Shown: positions 11,185 to 21,033 of the stretch, one piece after another | How the letters are laid out: each line of letters begins with the position of its first letter | Numbering within the stretch: the stretch's first letter is position 1 | Program-made: the position numbers and the translations under genes | Source: an uncultured Syntrophobacteraceae bacterium | Lineage (GTDB): Bacteria > Desulfobacterota > Binatia > UBA9968 | Direction: 5' to 3' | Length of the DNA stretch: 64,000 nucleotides | Assembly (NCBI GenBank): GCA_964404195.1 | Contig: CAYOJC010000002.1 | Location: 38,886 to 102,885 of the forward strand | Notes under the pieces: generated by a model | The model's input: only the letters and a program-made list of their open reading frames with translations | What the model was told of the DNA's origin: nothing | The model's database searches: none

Positions 11185-12981
11185 CTAGCCTCCACCGCCC
11201 AGCTGAGGCAGACTCCTCGGCTCTCCTATTTTTCCGGTGGCTCTTTGCACGACGAGAATCAGCAGGCCGGTGATAAGGATCAAAACAATGCTGAGCGCGG
11301 AGGCTTGAGACAAATCTCCCTGACGCCATAGAATCCAGAGCTGGGTGGCGAGGACCTTGTTCCTCGGACCGATAAGCAGCAAAGCCATGCTCACTTCGCG
11401 AAAAACCAGGAGCGCCGTCCAGAGTCCGGCAAATACCAAAGAAGGCCGGATCAGCGGCATCATCACGCGCAACATGGAAACCCACTTGCGCGCGCCGCAT
11501 ATCAACGCGGCATCTTCCAGCTCCTGATGGACCTGGATGAGCGCCGCGTTGGTGATGCGAGTTGCGTACGACAGCCGGTTCAAAACATTGCCCGCAATGA
11601 TGATCCAGACCGTATTGTAAAAAGGCACCGAGGGAAACCACTTGGCGGTCATGATGCCCGCGATCAGCAATGCAAAAGCAAATCCTATTCCCGGAATGGC
11701 ATGGGGCAACATGGAAATCGTATCCACCAGTCTCCTCGTCCGAAGTTTGGTTCGGACCACGACCCAGGATATCATGAAGCTGAAAAACAATACGAGCACC
11801 GAGCTGCCGACGACTAGGAGAAGCGTGTTTCTCATGACGTCGAAGCCGCCGAGCAAGTAGTGAATCTCCGAGTACCACTTGAAGCTGACCAATGACAGCG
11901 CTTCGACGGAAGGCATTCTGAGCGAAGGAAGAAGGGAAGCCCATAGCAAAACCGCGAACGGCAAAAACACGGCCAGCGCGAGGTAGAAGAGGACAAATAG
12001 AATGGCGGGGTAGCGAAGACTTCCCAGCGGGAAGTCTTTGGGCTTGTAGCCTTTGCCCGTGATCACCGCGTAGCGGTGCGCCTGCTTGAGGGATTGGAAA
12101 TAGAAAAACAACGCGAGCAAACTCGGCGCCATGATCAGCAATCCATAGACTCCGGCGACGCCGTATTTGATCTCAGAGCTGCCTTCGAAGGGCTGGACGG
12201 CGAGAAAAATCTCCGTCGCCAAGATCCGGTTTTCACTCAACCCTCCAAGCAAACCGGCCACCTCGAACATGGCGATGGCCGTCATGAAAATGTAGATGAT
12301 CCCTCCCAGGATGGCCGGCCTGAGCATGGGCGAGGTAATCCAGATAATGGTCTTCAGGCGGTTCGCCCCGACCACCTCGGCGGCTTCCTCGAGGGCGGAA
12401 TCGAGGGAACGCATGGGCCCCGAGATAAGAAAGAACATCGACGGGGTCAGCATCAAACCTTGGATAAAAGAAATTCCCCACAGGCTGTTGATATCGAACG
12501 GGGCTTCGCGCAACTGGAAAATTCCCATCAGGAGCCGGTTGAGGAGACCGACCTGTGGACTCAGCAGCATGATCCATCCCATGGCCTTCACCAATCCCGG
12601 CATGATCACCGTCACGGCGAGCATGGTGATGAAGAGGGAGCGCATCGGGATGTCAGTCCGGTTCAGCAACCAGGCCAAAGGAATGCCGAAAAAAATGGTG
12701 ATCGTAACGGTGCCCAGGCCGACCCCGACCGTATTCAGAACAACCGTCCAGAAATGCTCGGAACCGAATACCTCGGCGTAATTGTCCAGAGAGAACCCGG
12801 ACTCGAAGGGCAGGCCGCGGGAGAAGCTCATCCACAGAATCAGCGTCGTCAACAGCAAGATGACCGCGCACGCCACCCAGGCGAAAAAAACGGCTATGGA
12901 GTTGCCGCTGATGATTTCCCGCAAGGATTTCGCCGCCTGTACACCAGACGACGAGAGCGGGACGTCGGCCACCTTTTCCAT
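11185..12981 (-). CDS. ABC transporter permease, fused two-domain (FbpB-like)
   Basis: 598 aa, paralog of 1667-3472, adjacent to the ATPase. Confidence 0.85.
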   Translation of the reverse strand: MEKVADVPLSSSGVQAAKSLREIISGNSIAVFFAWVACAVILLLTTLILWMSFSRGLPFESGFSLDNYAEVFGSEHFWTVVLNTVGVGLGTVTITIFFGIPLAWLLNRTDIPMRSLFITMLAVTVIMPGLVKAMGWIMLLSPQVGLLNRLLMGIFQLREAPFDINSLWGISFIQGLMLTPSMFFLISGPMRSLDSALEEAAEVVGANRLKTIIWITSPMLRPAILGGIIYIFMTAIAMFEVAGLLGGLSENRILATEIFLAVQPFEGSSEIKYGVAGVYGLLIMAPSLLALFFYFQSLKQAHRYAVITGKGYKPKDFPLGSLRYPAILFVLFYLALAVFLPFAVLLWASLLPSLRMPSVEALSLVSFKWYSEIHYLLGGFDVMRNTLLLVVGSSVLVLFFSFMISWVVVRTKLRTRRLVDTISMLPHAIPGIGFAFALLIAGIMTAKWFPSVPFYNTVWIIIAGNVLNRLSYATRITNAALIQVHQELEDAALICGARKWVSMLRVMMPLIRPSLVFAGLWTALLVFREVSMALLLIGPRNKVLATQLWILWRQGDLSQASALSIVLILITGLLILVVQRATGKIGEPRSLPQLGGGG

Positions 12982-13014
12982 GTCTATGAGACCCGTACCC
13001 GCAAAGCGGTGGGC

Positions 13015-14133
13015 CTATTTCCCCTCCCTCTGAGCTCTGGCAATTGCCTGGCTGTACTTCCGGCCCTCCTCGGTCCCGAGCCAGAGGAATTTGTCCAGGT
13101 TCTGCTGGTTATCGAACCAACTGACAGGCTTTACGTTGGCTTGCCGCAGTTTCTCCTGAGTCTTTCGCGTCACCGGACCCGTCCCGAGCGACAGGTTTTC
13201 TATCACCGAATATTTCTCGAAAATTCGGTTCGCTTCCTCCGTGGTGGCCCACAGAGCAAAGAGCTTGGCGGCGTTCGGATGCTTCGCGCCTTTGCGCACC
13301 ACGTAGGTGACCTCGCGCGTCGGCGTCAAGTCCGAAAAAAAACTCATTTCGATCGGCGCATTGGGGTCTTTCGCTTTGTGGTTGAAATAGTAATGGGTGT
13401 TGGTCTCCAAAAATTTCAAATCGCCGATCATCATCCGCTCGATCGCCGCGGCGTAATGGAGAACTTGCGGCTTGAGTTTTCCCCACGTCCGGACGATATC
13501 CAGCCATTCGTCCTTGTCATATCGAAGCAGGCCCATGAGAGTGATGGTGGTCCAGGGAGGAATCGTGAAAGCGCCCCGGTATTTCGGATTCCCCATATCC
13601 TTCCAGGTTTTGGGGAGATCCTGCTGCGGGATCGCCTTGGGGTTATACATTAAGACGGTCACCCGATTGGCCCACACGAAGCCGTAGCCCGCGACGCCCA
13701 CCGGGCTGGTTTTTTCTTTGACCTTGTAGGCTTCCGGCGAGACCGCTGCGAGGAAAGCTTCCCAATTTGCAATGCGCTCGATTCCCCCGGCCTGAATCAA
13801 ATCGAGCACCACGGGAGGTTCTCCTTGCATCACGTCGAAAGTCGGAGGAATTCCGGACTTTGCCTCCGCAACCGCCTGGTTGAACTTCTGGGACTCTTGT
13901 CCTGAAAGATCCGCATTGCCCGTTAGGTTGAGGCCGAATCGCTTCTTGAAAGCATCGGTCAGCTCTTTTCCACCCTTCTCTCCTTGAGAAGAAGTGATAG
14001 TGAGGTCCAATTGATCTTCGCGTCGGGCCGCCTCGATGAGACGAGCTAAAGGGCCGTCCCCCTGGGCAAGCGCCATCGTTGTGTTTCCGAGGGTCGTGAT
14101 AGCAAAAAGAACCGCAAGGATTTTGGTTTTCAT
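13015..14133 (-). CDS. ABC transporter substrate-binding protein, paralog 1
   Basis: Signal peptide MKTKILAVLFAITTLGNTTMALA with a GGAGA Shine-Dalgarno. It shares conserved blocks NPKxIPQxDLPKTWKDMG...KGAKHPNAAKLFALW with the other three SBPs. Confidence 0.85.
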   Translation of the reverse strand: MKTKILAVLFAITTLGNTTMALAQGDGPLARLIEAARREDQLDLTITSSQGEKGGKELTDAFKKRFGLNLTGNADLSGQESQKFNQAVAEAKSGIPPTFDVMQGEPPVVLDLIQAGGIERIANWEAFLAAVSPEAYKVKEKTSPVGVAGYGFVWANRVTVLMYNPKAIPQQDLPKTWKDMGNPKYRGAFTIPPWTTITLMGLLRYDKDEWLDIVRTWGKLKPQVLHYAAAIERMMIGDLKFLETNTHYYFNHKAKDPNAPIEMSFFSDLTPTREVTYVVRKGAKHPNAAKLFALWATTEEANRIFEKYSVIENLSLGTGPVTRKTQEKLRQANVKPVSWFDNQQNLDKFLWLGTEEGRKYSQAIARAQREGK

Positions 14134-14237
14134 GGAAATTATCTCCACTCAACCGGGTGTCAATCAGACGAGACTTTCACATTTTCGAATTCATCTTGAC
14201 CCGTAAGAAATACCGGGCGTTTAAGCCGGAGGAACTC

Positions 14238-15386
14238 CTACTTTCCCTCCCGCTGGGCTCTGGCGATCGACTGGCTGTATTTTCTCCCTTCCTCCGTGCC
14301 AAGCCAAAGAAACTTCTCAGCGGTCTTGGGGCTGTCGAACCAACTCGCCGGCTTGATGTTCTTCCGTTCCAGAATCTTCAAAATCTTGCTCGACACGGGA
14401 CCCCGAGCCAATGCTAAATTTTCTATGGAATTGTATTTTTCGATCACTCCATTGGCTTCCGCGCCCGTGACCCACAGAGCGAAGAGCTTGGCGGCGTTCG
14501 GATGTCGAGCCCCCTTCCTGACCAGGTACATCACATTTCTCCTCGGAGTCAGGTCTTCGAAAAAGGATACCTCGATCGGAGCGCTCGGATCGCTCGCCTT
14601 CTGCTCGATATAGATATCCGTGTTGCCGTAGGTAAACTTCAGATCGCCCAGCATGACTCGTTGAGCCGCCGCATCGTAAACGAGAACATCCCTTTTGTTC
14701 CTCCCCCAGGATCGTATGACGTCAAGCAATTCGTCCTTTTCGTATTTGAGGAGCCCCATCAGACTTAGCGAGGTAAAAGGGGGCACGGAAAAAGCCGCCT
14801 TGTATTTTGGATCCCCCATCTGTTTCCAGGTCTTGGGAAGTTCCGCTTCCGATATTGTTTTCGGGTTGTAAAGAATCGCCGCCGTGCGGGTAGACCAAAG
14901 AAACCCGTAACCCGCCAGGTTGTGAGGACTGACTTTATCTTTCACTTTGGCGGCCTCGGGAGCCGCCTCCGCCAAAAGCGACTCCCAGTTCGCAATAGGC
15001 TCGACACCGCCGGCTTCTTTGAGACTGAGGACATTCTCGTCGGTGCCCTGCATGAGATCGTACGTAGGAGGGATACCGACCTTGCTCTCCGTCACCGCTT
15101 GATTGAACTTCTGAGACTCCTGACCCGCGAGATCCGCATTGATCTTGAGCTCCAGCCCGAACCGACGTTTGAAAGCGTCGGTGAGATCTTTCCCTCCCTG
15201 CTCCCCTCCGACCGATGAGCTGATCATGAGGTCTAACTGGCCTTCCTTGCGCGCTCCATCGATGAGCCGCTGCAATGCGGCGGACTTCTGGGCGAGCGCA
15301 GGCGCCGCTGCGACCGTGATCGAGATAAAAAGCACGACGGCCGAAAACCTTTTCACTTTTTTCCTCTTCCAGGCAGGTTCTCTCAT
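14238..15386 (-). CDS. ABC transporter substrate-binding protein, paralog 2
   Basis: 382 aa with a signal peptide and the same conserved blocks (KGARHPNAAKLFALW, LGTEEGRKYSQSIARAQREGK near-identical to the paralog 1 C-terminus). Confidence 0.85.
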   Translation of the reverse strand: MREPAWKRKKVKRFSAVVLFISITVAAAPALAQKSAALQRLIDGARKEGQLDLMISSSVGGEQGGKDLTDAFKRRFGLELKINADLAGQESQKFNQAVTESKVGIPPTYDLMQGTDENVLSLKEAGGVEPIANWESLLAEAAPEAAKVKDKVSPHNLAGYGFLWSTRTAAILYNPKTISEAELPKTWKQMGDPKYKAAFSVPPFTSLSLMGLLKYEKDELLDVIRSWGRNKRDVLVYDAAAQRVMLGDLKFTYGNTDIYIEQKASDPSAPIEVSFFEDLTPRRNVMYLVRKGARHPNAAKLFALWVTGAEANGVIEKYNSIENLALARGPVSSKILKILERKNIKPASWFDSPKTAEKFLWLGTEEGRKYSQSIARAQREGK

Positions 15387-15553
15387 TTGTGAAACCGCAT
15401 TTCGGATAGTGAAAATGGCTGCGCGGCCACATTTATCTCTCGCTCACAGCCTTGTCAAGTCCCGTTTGGAATTTTTCGCGGGGAGTGAAGCGCTTGAGAT
15501 GTCGCGAGCGAATCTGATAGGGAGAATCAACTTTGCGCGACGGAGGGCCAACC

Positions 15554-16498
15554 ATGCCACGGATCAAAATCATTTCTACGGGCGGAACCATCGTGAACAC
15601 CACGAAGGGATTGATCGGCGTCGAGGAACTCTTAAAAGATATTCCACAAGCCAGGGAATGGGCGGAGTTTGACATCGACGAGGTGACCCGGATCAGAAGT
15701 GGATCGATTCGTCTCGATCAATGGATGGAAATTGCCCGCTCGGTCAACCAGGCCGCCAACGATCCGGCGATCGACGGCGTGATCCTCACGCACGGCACTT
15801 TTACCCTTGAAGAGACTGTCTACTTTTTGCATCTGTGCGTGCCGATCTCCAAGCCGATGGTCTGCGTCGCTTCGCAGCGGACGCATGCCTCGGTCGGCAA
15901 CGACGGAGACCGAAATTTTCTTGACGCCGTCCGAGTGGCGCTCTCGCCCGACGCCGGAGAGAAAGGAGTTCTCGTCGTTCTTCACGAGGAGATTCATTCC
16001 GCCCGAGATGTCGTCAAGACCAATCAACGGCCGGGAGGATTCGTCTCGCGAGCTCATGGCCTACTGGGCCACGTCGAAAATGATCAGGTCAGTTTTTACC
16101 ACGCGCCCATGCGCCGGCACACTTTCCGGTCGGAATTCGACATTCGCCGGATTACCGAGCTTCCGCGAGTGGACGTTATCGCCGCGTACGTGGGCGCGGA
16201 TGCCGCCGCGGCGCGAGCGTTCGTCAACGCGGGCGCGCGAGGACTGGTGGTCCATGGCTATGCGTTCAACGGCAATCCGGCGATCGATCAAAGGGAAGAG
16301 CTGAAGCGCATTGCGGCCTCAGGAACTCCGGTAGTGCTCTCGAGCCGCGGCGGATGGGGACGCGTGCCGGCGAGCTCAGACGACGGTTTCGTTCGAGGAG
16401 ACACTTTGCCCGCGCATAAAGCGCGCATCTTATTGATGCTGGGGTTGACTCAAACCTCCGACCCGCGTGAGATCCAGCGAATGTTCAACGAATATTAG
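15554..16498 (+). CDS. L-asparaginase (type I/II asparaginase family)
   Basis: N-terminal IISTGGTI threonine motif, HGTFTLEET, about 315 aa. Start MPRIKIIS has GGAGGG 5 nt upstream. It sits on the opposite strand inside the SBP array. Confidence 0.85.
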   Translation: MPRIKIISTGGTIVNTTKGLIGVEELLKDIPQAREWAEFDIDEVTRIRSGSIRLDQWMEIARSVNQAANDPAIDGVILTHGTFTLEETVYFLHLCVPISKPMVCVASQRTHASVGNDGDRNFLDAVRVALSPDAGEKGVLVVLHEEIHSARDVVKTNQRPGGFVSRAHGLLGHVENDQVSFYHAPMRRHTFRSEFDIRRITELPRVDVIAAYVGADAAAARAFVNAGARGLVVHGYAFNGNPAIDQREELKRIAASGTPVVLSSRGGWGRVPASSDDGFVRGDTLPAHKARILLMLGLTQTSDPREIQRMFNEY

Positions 16499-16516
16499 CC
16501 CGGATTATTCACTTAT

Positions 16517-16541
16517 GAGGGCAATCGAGCGGCAAGCCCTC
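16517..16541. terminator. candidate bidirectional terminator hairpin (GAGGGC-N13-GCCCTC) between convergent asparaginase and SBP genes
   Basis: A 6-bp GC-rich inverted repeat lies in the 73-bp convergent intergenic space. No obvious U-tract follows. Confidence 0.35.
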
Positions 16542-16571
16542 CGGAGCGACGGCAATGGGCGGTCGCGCAAC

Positions 16572-17717
16572 TTACTTTCCGTCCTTCTGCGCCCGGGCGA
16601 CCGCATTGGCATACTCTTTTCCCTCTTTGGACTCGAACCATTGGAATTTCGCCACAGTCTCCGGACTGTCAAACCAGCTCCAGACTTTAATGTTGCGATC
16701 CTTCAAGACCTTCGCGATTTTCTGGGAGATGGGGCCTTTGCTCAAAACCAAGTTTTCGATGTACGCGTGCCGCTCAAAAATCTCATTCGCCTCGGCGCTG
16801 GTGGCCCATAAAGCAAATAACTTTGCCGCGTTGGGATGCTTCGCGCCTTTCCTGACCACGTACAGGACCTGTCTCATGGTCGTCAAATCCTCAAGGAAGG
16901 TCTCTTCTATCGGGGCGCTCGGATCCCTCAGTTTTTGGTCGAAATAGATGTCCGCGTTGCCATAAAAAAACTTGAGATCCCCAAGCAGCATGCGTTGAGC
17001 GGCCGCATCATAGGTGAAAACCTGGCGCTTGTTTCTGCCCAACGCCCGCACGATCTCGAGCCACTCATTCTTGTCGTATTTAAGAATCCCCATCAGGAGC
17101 GCCGAGATCCACGGAGGCATCGAGAAGGCGCCGCGGTACTTCGGATCTCCCATCTGCTTCCATGTCTTCGGAAGCTCGGCTTCGGAAATGAGCTTGGGGT
17201 TGTACAACAGGGCAACGGTCCTCGTGGACCAGAGAAAACCCCACCCGGCGAGAGTCTCCGGACTCACCTTCTCTTTGATTTTAAATGCTTCGGGCACGGC
17301 CTCGGCCAAAACCGCCTGCCAGTTTTCCACCCGCTCTGCGCCGCCCACGTCCATCAAGCTCAAAACGTTCGCCGCCTCGCCCTGCATAAGATCAAAGGTG
17401 GGAGGGATACCGCTCTTCGCCTCGGCCACGGCACGGTTGAACTTCTGCGATTCCTGGCCGGAAAGATCCGGGCTGATATTGAGCGTGTCCAATCCGAAGC
17501 GCTTCTTGAAAACAGCAATCAGCTCGCGCGCGCCTTTCTCTCCGGCGGACGAAGTGATCATGACATCGAGCTGGCCTTCCTTGCGCGCCCCATCGATGAG
17601 GTCCTGGAGCATTTTTTTTCCGTCCGCCGATGCGGCTTGCGCCGAGGAATGCGTCGCAAACAAGAAGAACAGAGAAACAAGCAAAGACCGGCAAATCAAA
17701 GTCCGGCGCTCTACCAT
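16572..17717 (-). CDS. ABC transporter substrate-binding protein, paralog 3
   Basis: 381 aa with a signal peptide and the same family blocks. Confidence 0.85.
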   Translation of the reverse strand: MVERRTLICRSLLVSLFFLFATHSSAQAASADGKKMLQDLIDGARKEGQLDVMITSSAGEKGARELIAVFKKRFGLDTLNISPDLSGQESQKFNRAVAEAKSGIPPTFDLMQGEAANVLSLMDVGGAERVENWQAVLAEAVPEAFKIKEKVSPETLAGWGFLWSTRTVALLYNPKLISEAELPKTWKQMGDPKYRGAFSMPPWISALLMGILKYDKNEWLEIVRALGRNKRQVFTYDAAAQRMLLGDLKFFYGNADIYFDQKLRDPSAPIEETFLEDLTTMRQVLYVVRKGAKHPNAAKLFALWATSAEANEIFERHAYIENLVLSKGPISQKIAKVLKDRNIKVWSWFDSPETVAKFQWFESKEGKEYANAVARAQKDGK

Positions 17718-17897
17718 TTTGGCCTCCTATGAGTATTCAGTTTCGTCATCACGCGCGGCTCGGATCGCGTTTCACAAAGCGAACCCGCGTTTCGGTATTT
17801 GTTTTATCGCGTCGGCAAGACCGATGTCAAGCCGGCTTCGATCGCAGGCTGTTGACGGAGATCTCCGGCATCGGAGGAGAAGCGGAGCAGGACTCGT

Positions 17898-18827
17898 TTA
17901 TTTGCGTCGATAGCGTTCCATGGCCGGATTTACTTTGATTTTCTTTCCGTCTTCCCAGAGATAAAAACCCTTGCTGTTTTTCATGCCGAGAAATCCCGCC
18001 GCAACGAGCTTGCGGAGCAGATCCGGGGCCTTGTACCTCGGCCCGAGGTCCGTTTCCAGAACCTCGGCGATCGAGAGCGTGGTATCGAGGCCGACGTAGT
18101 CCAAAGTCGTGATCGGCCCCATTTTTTGGCCCAGGCACAGCGTGGTTTTGTCGGCATTCTCGCAGTCCATCACGCCCTCTTCGACGACCCGGACCGCTTC
18201 GATAAGAAAGGGAACAAACATGTGGTTGATGCCAAAACCCGCCTTGTCTTCAGCGAAAATCGGCTCTTTGCCGAGCTCGCGGCTGAAGTCGGTAACTCGA
18301 TTGTACGTCTCATCGGAGGTGAGCAGGCCGCGTATCAGCTCGCACCCGGGCTGCACCGGCACGGGATTCATAAAGTGCATGCCCATAAATTTTTCCGGCA
18401 GAGCGTAGACGGAAGCCAGGCGGGTGATCGAGATCGAGGACGTGTTCGAAACGAGAAGCTTTCGGTAGCCTGACTCGGCGAGCGAGGCGATGACATTTTT
18501 TTTGACGACCTCGTTCTCGACAGCTGCCTCGATCACGATGTCGGCGGCCAGGAAATCTCTCGAATTCAAAGAGCACGTGATCGCCGCCAAGGTCTTACTC
18601 TGCTGATCGGCGGAGATCCCTCTGCTCCCCGAGGATTTTTCGTAGGCCTCGATCAAACGTCCGAGGCTCTCCCGGATGCGCTCCAGGCCCTTCTGCAAAA
18701 TGACTTCATTGACGTCGCTTAGCGTGACTTCGAACCCGCGCATCGCCGCAACCTGTGCGATGCCGCTGCCCATCAATCCTGCACCTATGACGCCGACTTT
18801 TTTGATTTCGGAACCCATCGTCAACAC
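17898..18827 (-). CDS. hbd: 3-hydroxyacyl-CoA (3-hydroxybutyryl-CoA) dehydrogenase
   Basis: Rossmann motif VGVIGAGLMGSGIAQV and a C-terminal 3HCDH domain. Confidence 0.85.
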   Translation of the reverse strand: MLTMGSEIKKVGVIGAGLMGSGIAQVAAMRGFEVTLSDVNEVILQKGLERIRESLGRLIEAYEKSSGSRGISADQQSKTLAAITCSLNSRDFLAADIVIEAAVENEVVKKNVIASLAESGYRKLLVSNTSSISITRLASVYALPEKFMGMHFMNPVPVQPGCELIRGLLTSDETYNRVTDFSRELGKEPIFAEDKAGFGINHMFVPFLIEAVRVVEEGVMDCENADKTTLCLGQKMGPITTLDYVGLDTTLSIAEVLETDLGPRYKAPDLLRKLVAAGFLGMKNSKGFYLWEDGKKIKVNPAMERYRRK

Positions 18828-18828
18828 C

Positions 18829-19161
18829 TCACGCGTTTTCGCCGTTGTCAGATCGGCCCGACCAAACTCGTTCTACCCTGTACGGCAACGCCACTCCAAG
18901 AGCCGCCTGTCGAGCTGGCGCCTGACCCAACCCTGCGGAGAGGACATTCCCCATGATGACCTCGTCGACCTCTTCCCCGCTCAGATTGATTCGATTCAAG
19001 CTCTCTGCAATTGTGACACTCCTGAGCTTCGTAGCCGACAGTGGGCCGAGAGAACCGCTGAAACTGCCAATAGAGGTACGAACGGCACTGACGATACCAG
19101 CTTCCTTTACATTTCCCCGCTTTCCGTTCAAGGAGCAGCGTGCGAGATCGCCGCTCGGCAT
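18829..19161 (-). pseudogene. acetyl-CoA acetyltransferase (thiolase) N-terminal fragment, 3'-truncated
   Basis: The first 85 aa or so match the thiolase N-terminus (IVSAVRTSIGSFSGSL...EVDEVIMGNVLSAGLGQAPARQAALG). It then diverges and stops after 110 aa, directly abutting hbd, whereas thiolases are about 390 aa. Confidence 0.7.
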
Positions 19162-19273
19162 CTGGAAAAGCTAACGACCGGGAAAAATCTCCGCAGGTAT
19201 GAAGAGGGAGTTAGAAAACCGATTCCGTGTGCAGGGAGCGCAGGTCGCCGCTTGATGACCCGTCGGTCGGGGA

Positions 19274-19289
19274 GGCCTCCAGCTGGAGG
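19274..19289. repeat. perfect 16-bp palindrome GCCTCCAGCTGGAGGC
   Basis: Self-complementary 16-mer in the non-coding stretch upstream of the truncated thiolase. Confidence 0.5.
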
Positions 19290-19712
19290 CTAGCATTATT
19301 CCTATGAATTTTCCTGCCCTCGTCGCCACGGACAGAACCACCACCATTTCGTTTTCCTAGGGGCCTCTGAGGGAAGAATGGACGGGGTATGATCGTGATT
19401 TGTCGATAGATCCTCCATCGAGCGGAATGTATCCGGCAAAAATTCACGGCCCTCCAATAACGTGCTAGATACCAACCCAAACCACCAGGGGATCCTCGCG
19501 GATTCGTTTTTTCTTTTCAACTGTTGCTCCGCAATGCGTCTTCAAATGTGAGAAGAGCTGTGAAAAGATTAACTCAACGTTTCCATGCCTGTCAACAGGT
19601 CTTCATTAGCATCCGGCTGTCGGCACGTTAAGCATTTGATTTTACAAAGACAGAAGGTAAGGTGCTTCACCGGAAGTTTGATTGTTGTCGTGATCCAACT
19701 GTACTACCCCAC

Positions 19713-19805
19713 TTAATTTTGGATAGGTTGTTTCTTGTTCTTGACGATCCATTCCGCATAGAACTCGGCTGGTAAGCGCATCTCCAGGGCGCTGTGGGGG
19801 GGGCT
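19713..19805 (-). mobile_element. remnant of DDE transposase C-terminus (IS3/IS481-like ...PHSAL..LPAEF...)
   Basis: Reverse-strand reading gives ...SPPHSALEMRLPAEFYAEWIVKNKKQPIQN*, resembling the conserved C-terminal RPHSxLgxxTPxEF tail of integrase-core transposases. There is no upstream catalytic domain, and local GC is low. Confidence 0.4.
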
Positions 19806-20029
19806 TGCTGATTGTAGTGTTCGATCCACTGCGGCACTTGGCATCTCACCACCGCTAATGTATCCAGGCATGGCTAATAAACGTAGTCTCTCTTGAAGCT
19901 CCCGAAGAACACCTCCGCCAGCTTCTGCTCGGCAGGCCACCGACGCTTCCGACCACCTCATTTATACCTGTCCGAATCCTAAGTGGAGCACGACAAGAGC
20001 AAACCGGACCGAATTCCCATGCCACGGGG

Positions 20030-20470
20030 CTATTTCCTGGGCGAACCCTGATCGTGAAGGACAGGGGAAATCGAAGATTCATACTCAACGAGCCCAGCAA
20101 GTTTACTCAGGGTCTGATCTGTAGGTCTTCTACTTTTGCCCTGCTCTAGCTTCGCCAAGGTGCTTTCATTAAGGCCGGTAAGTGTCGCCGCCTGCTTCCG
20201 CGATAGACCGAGGAGCTTCCGGCCAGCCTTCAAGCTTTCGGCTAATGATTTGCCGGCAACGATAGGTTTATATCCGACGAACCTTAAGATTTTTGGCACG
20301 TGCCGGTTGGGTGGTCGGGTTGCATGGCGCTCCCAGTTGTAAATGGTTGCCTCGGACACTCCGATTTGCTCCGCAGCTTGTCTTTGGAACAGCCCGAGAT
20401 CGAGTCTCCGCTTGCGAATATAGTCGCCTAATGTCTTGAGTTCACGAGGATATTGGGGATGCTTGGGTTT
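20030..20470 (-). pseudogene. tandem HTH (XRE-type) transcriptional regulator lacking a canonical start, likely 5'-truncated
   Basis: Two HTH_XRE domains (LGDYIRKRRLDLGLFQRQAAEQIGVSEATIYNWERH and LKAGRKLLGLSRKQAATLTGLNESTLAKLEQGK). The open frame runs from a TGA near 20480, but the first ATG/GTG/TTG is the GTG at 20359, inside the first HTH. Confidence 0.5.
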
Positions 20471-20506
20471 TTGTCCGGTTAGGGTCAGGTGGCAAAAAGG
20501 TAACGC

Positions 20507-20985
20507 ATCCCTGCCCGTGCGGATTTTTTACCGACCCGCAAAAAGAATGCGGCTGCACGCCGCCGCAGATCCAGCGCTATCGCTCCAAAGTTTCCGGCCC
20601 GCTGCTCGACCGCATCGACATTCAAGTCGAAGTTCCGGCGCTGCGCTATCAGGAGCTTGCGAGCAAAGACGCGGGCGAGCCGTCTTCAGCCATTCGTCAG
20701 AGAGTCAATGCCGCGCGTCAAATCCAGCTCGCGCGCTTTCAAAAAAGAAATCTGCACGCCAACGCGCAGATGGGCACGAGAGACATCAAGAAATATTGCG
20801 CCGTGAAGCCGGAAGCGGAAAAACTTCTCGAAGTCGCGATCAATAAACTAGGACTCAGCGCCCGCGCCTACAGCCGCGTCCTCAAAGTCAGCCGCACCAT
20901 CGCCGATCTGGAAGGCTCCGAAGACATCCAGCCGTCGCACGTGTCAGAAGCGATTCAATATCGGAGTTTGGATCGGAGATTGTAG
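20507..20985 (+). pseudogene. comM: comM/yifB (Mg-chelatase-like ATPase) 3' fragment, 5'-truncated
   Basis: Reads HPCPCGFFTDPQKECGCTPPQIQRYRSKVSGPLLDRIDIQVEVP...LGLSARAYSRVLKVSRTIADLEGSEDIQPSHVSEAIQYRSLDRRL*, the zinc-ribbon and C-terminal blocks of ComM/YifB. The N-terminal two thirds or so, with the ATPase domain, is missing. Confidence 0.75.
20857..20915. repeat. direct repeat (left copy) of comM 3' coding segment
   Basis: gcctacagccgcgtcctcaaagtcagccgcaccatcgccgatctggaaggctccgaaga matches 35774-35832 with 2 mismatches, with weaker similarity flanking it. Confidence 0.8.
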
Positions 20986-21033
20986 TCAGCGCTCCCCTGC
21001 CACGTACTGAGTTTACTGGGATAATTCGGACGC

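Noticed and set aside
19855-20100. An 81-aa ORF in the AT-rich stretch next to the transposase remnant.
   Set aside because: It overlaps the 3' end of the HTH gene on the same strand in another frame and has no recognisable features.
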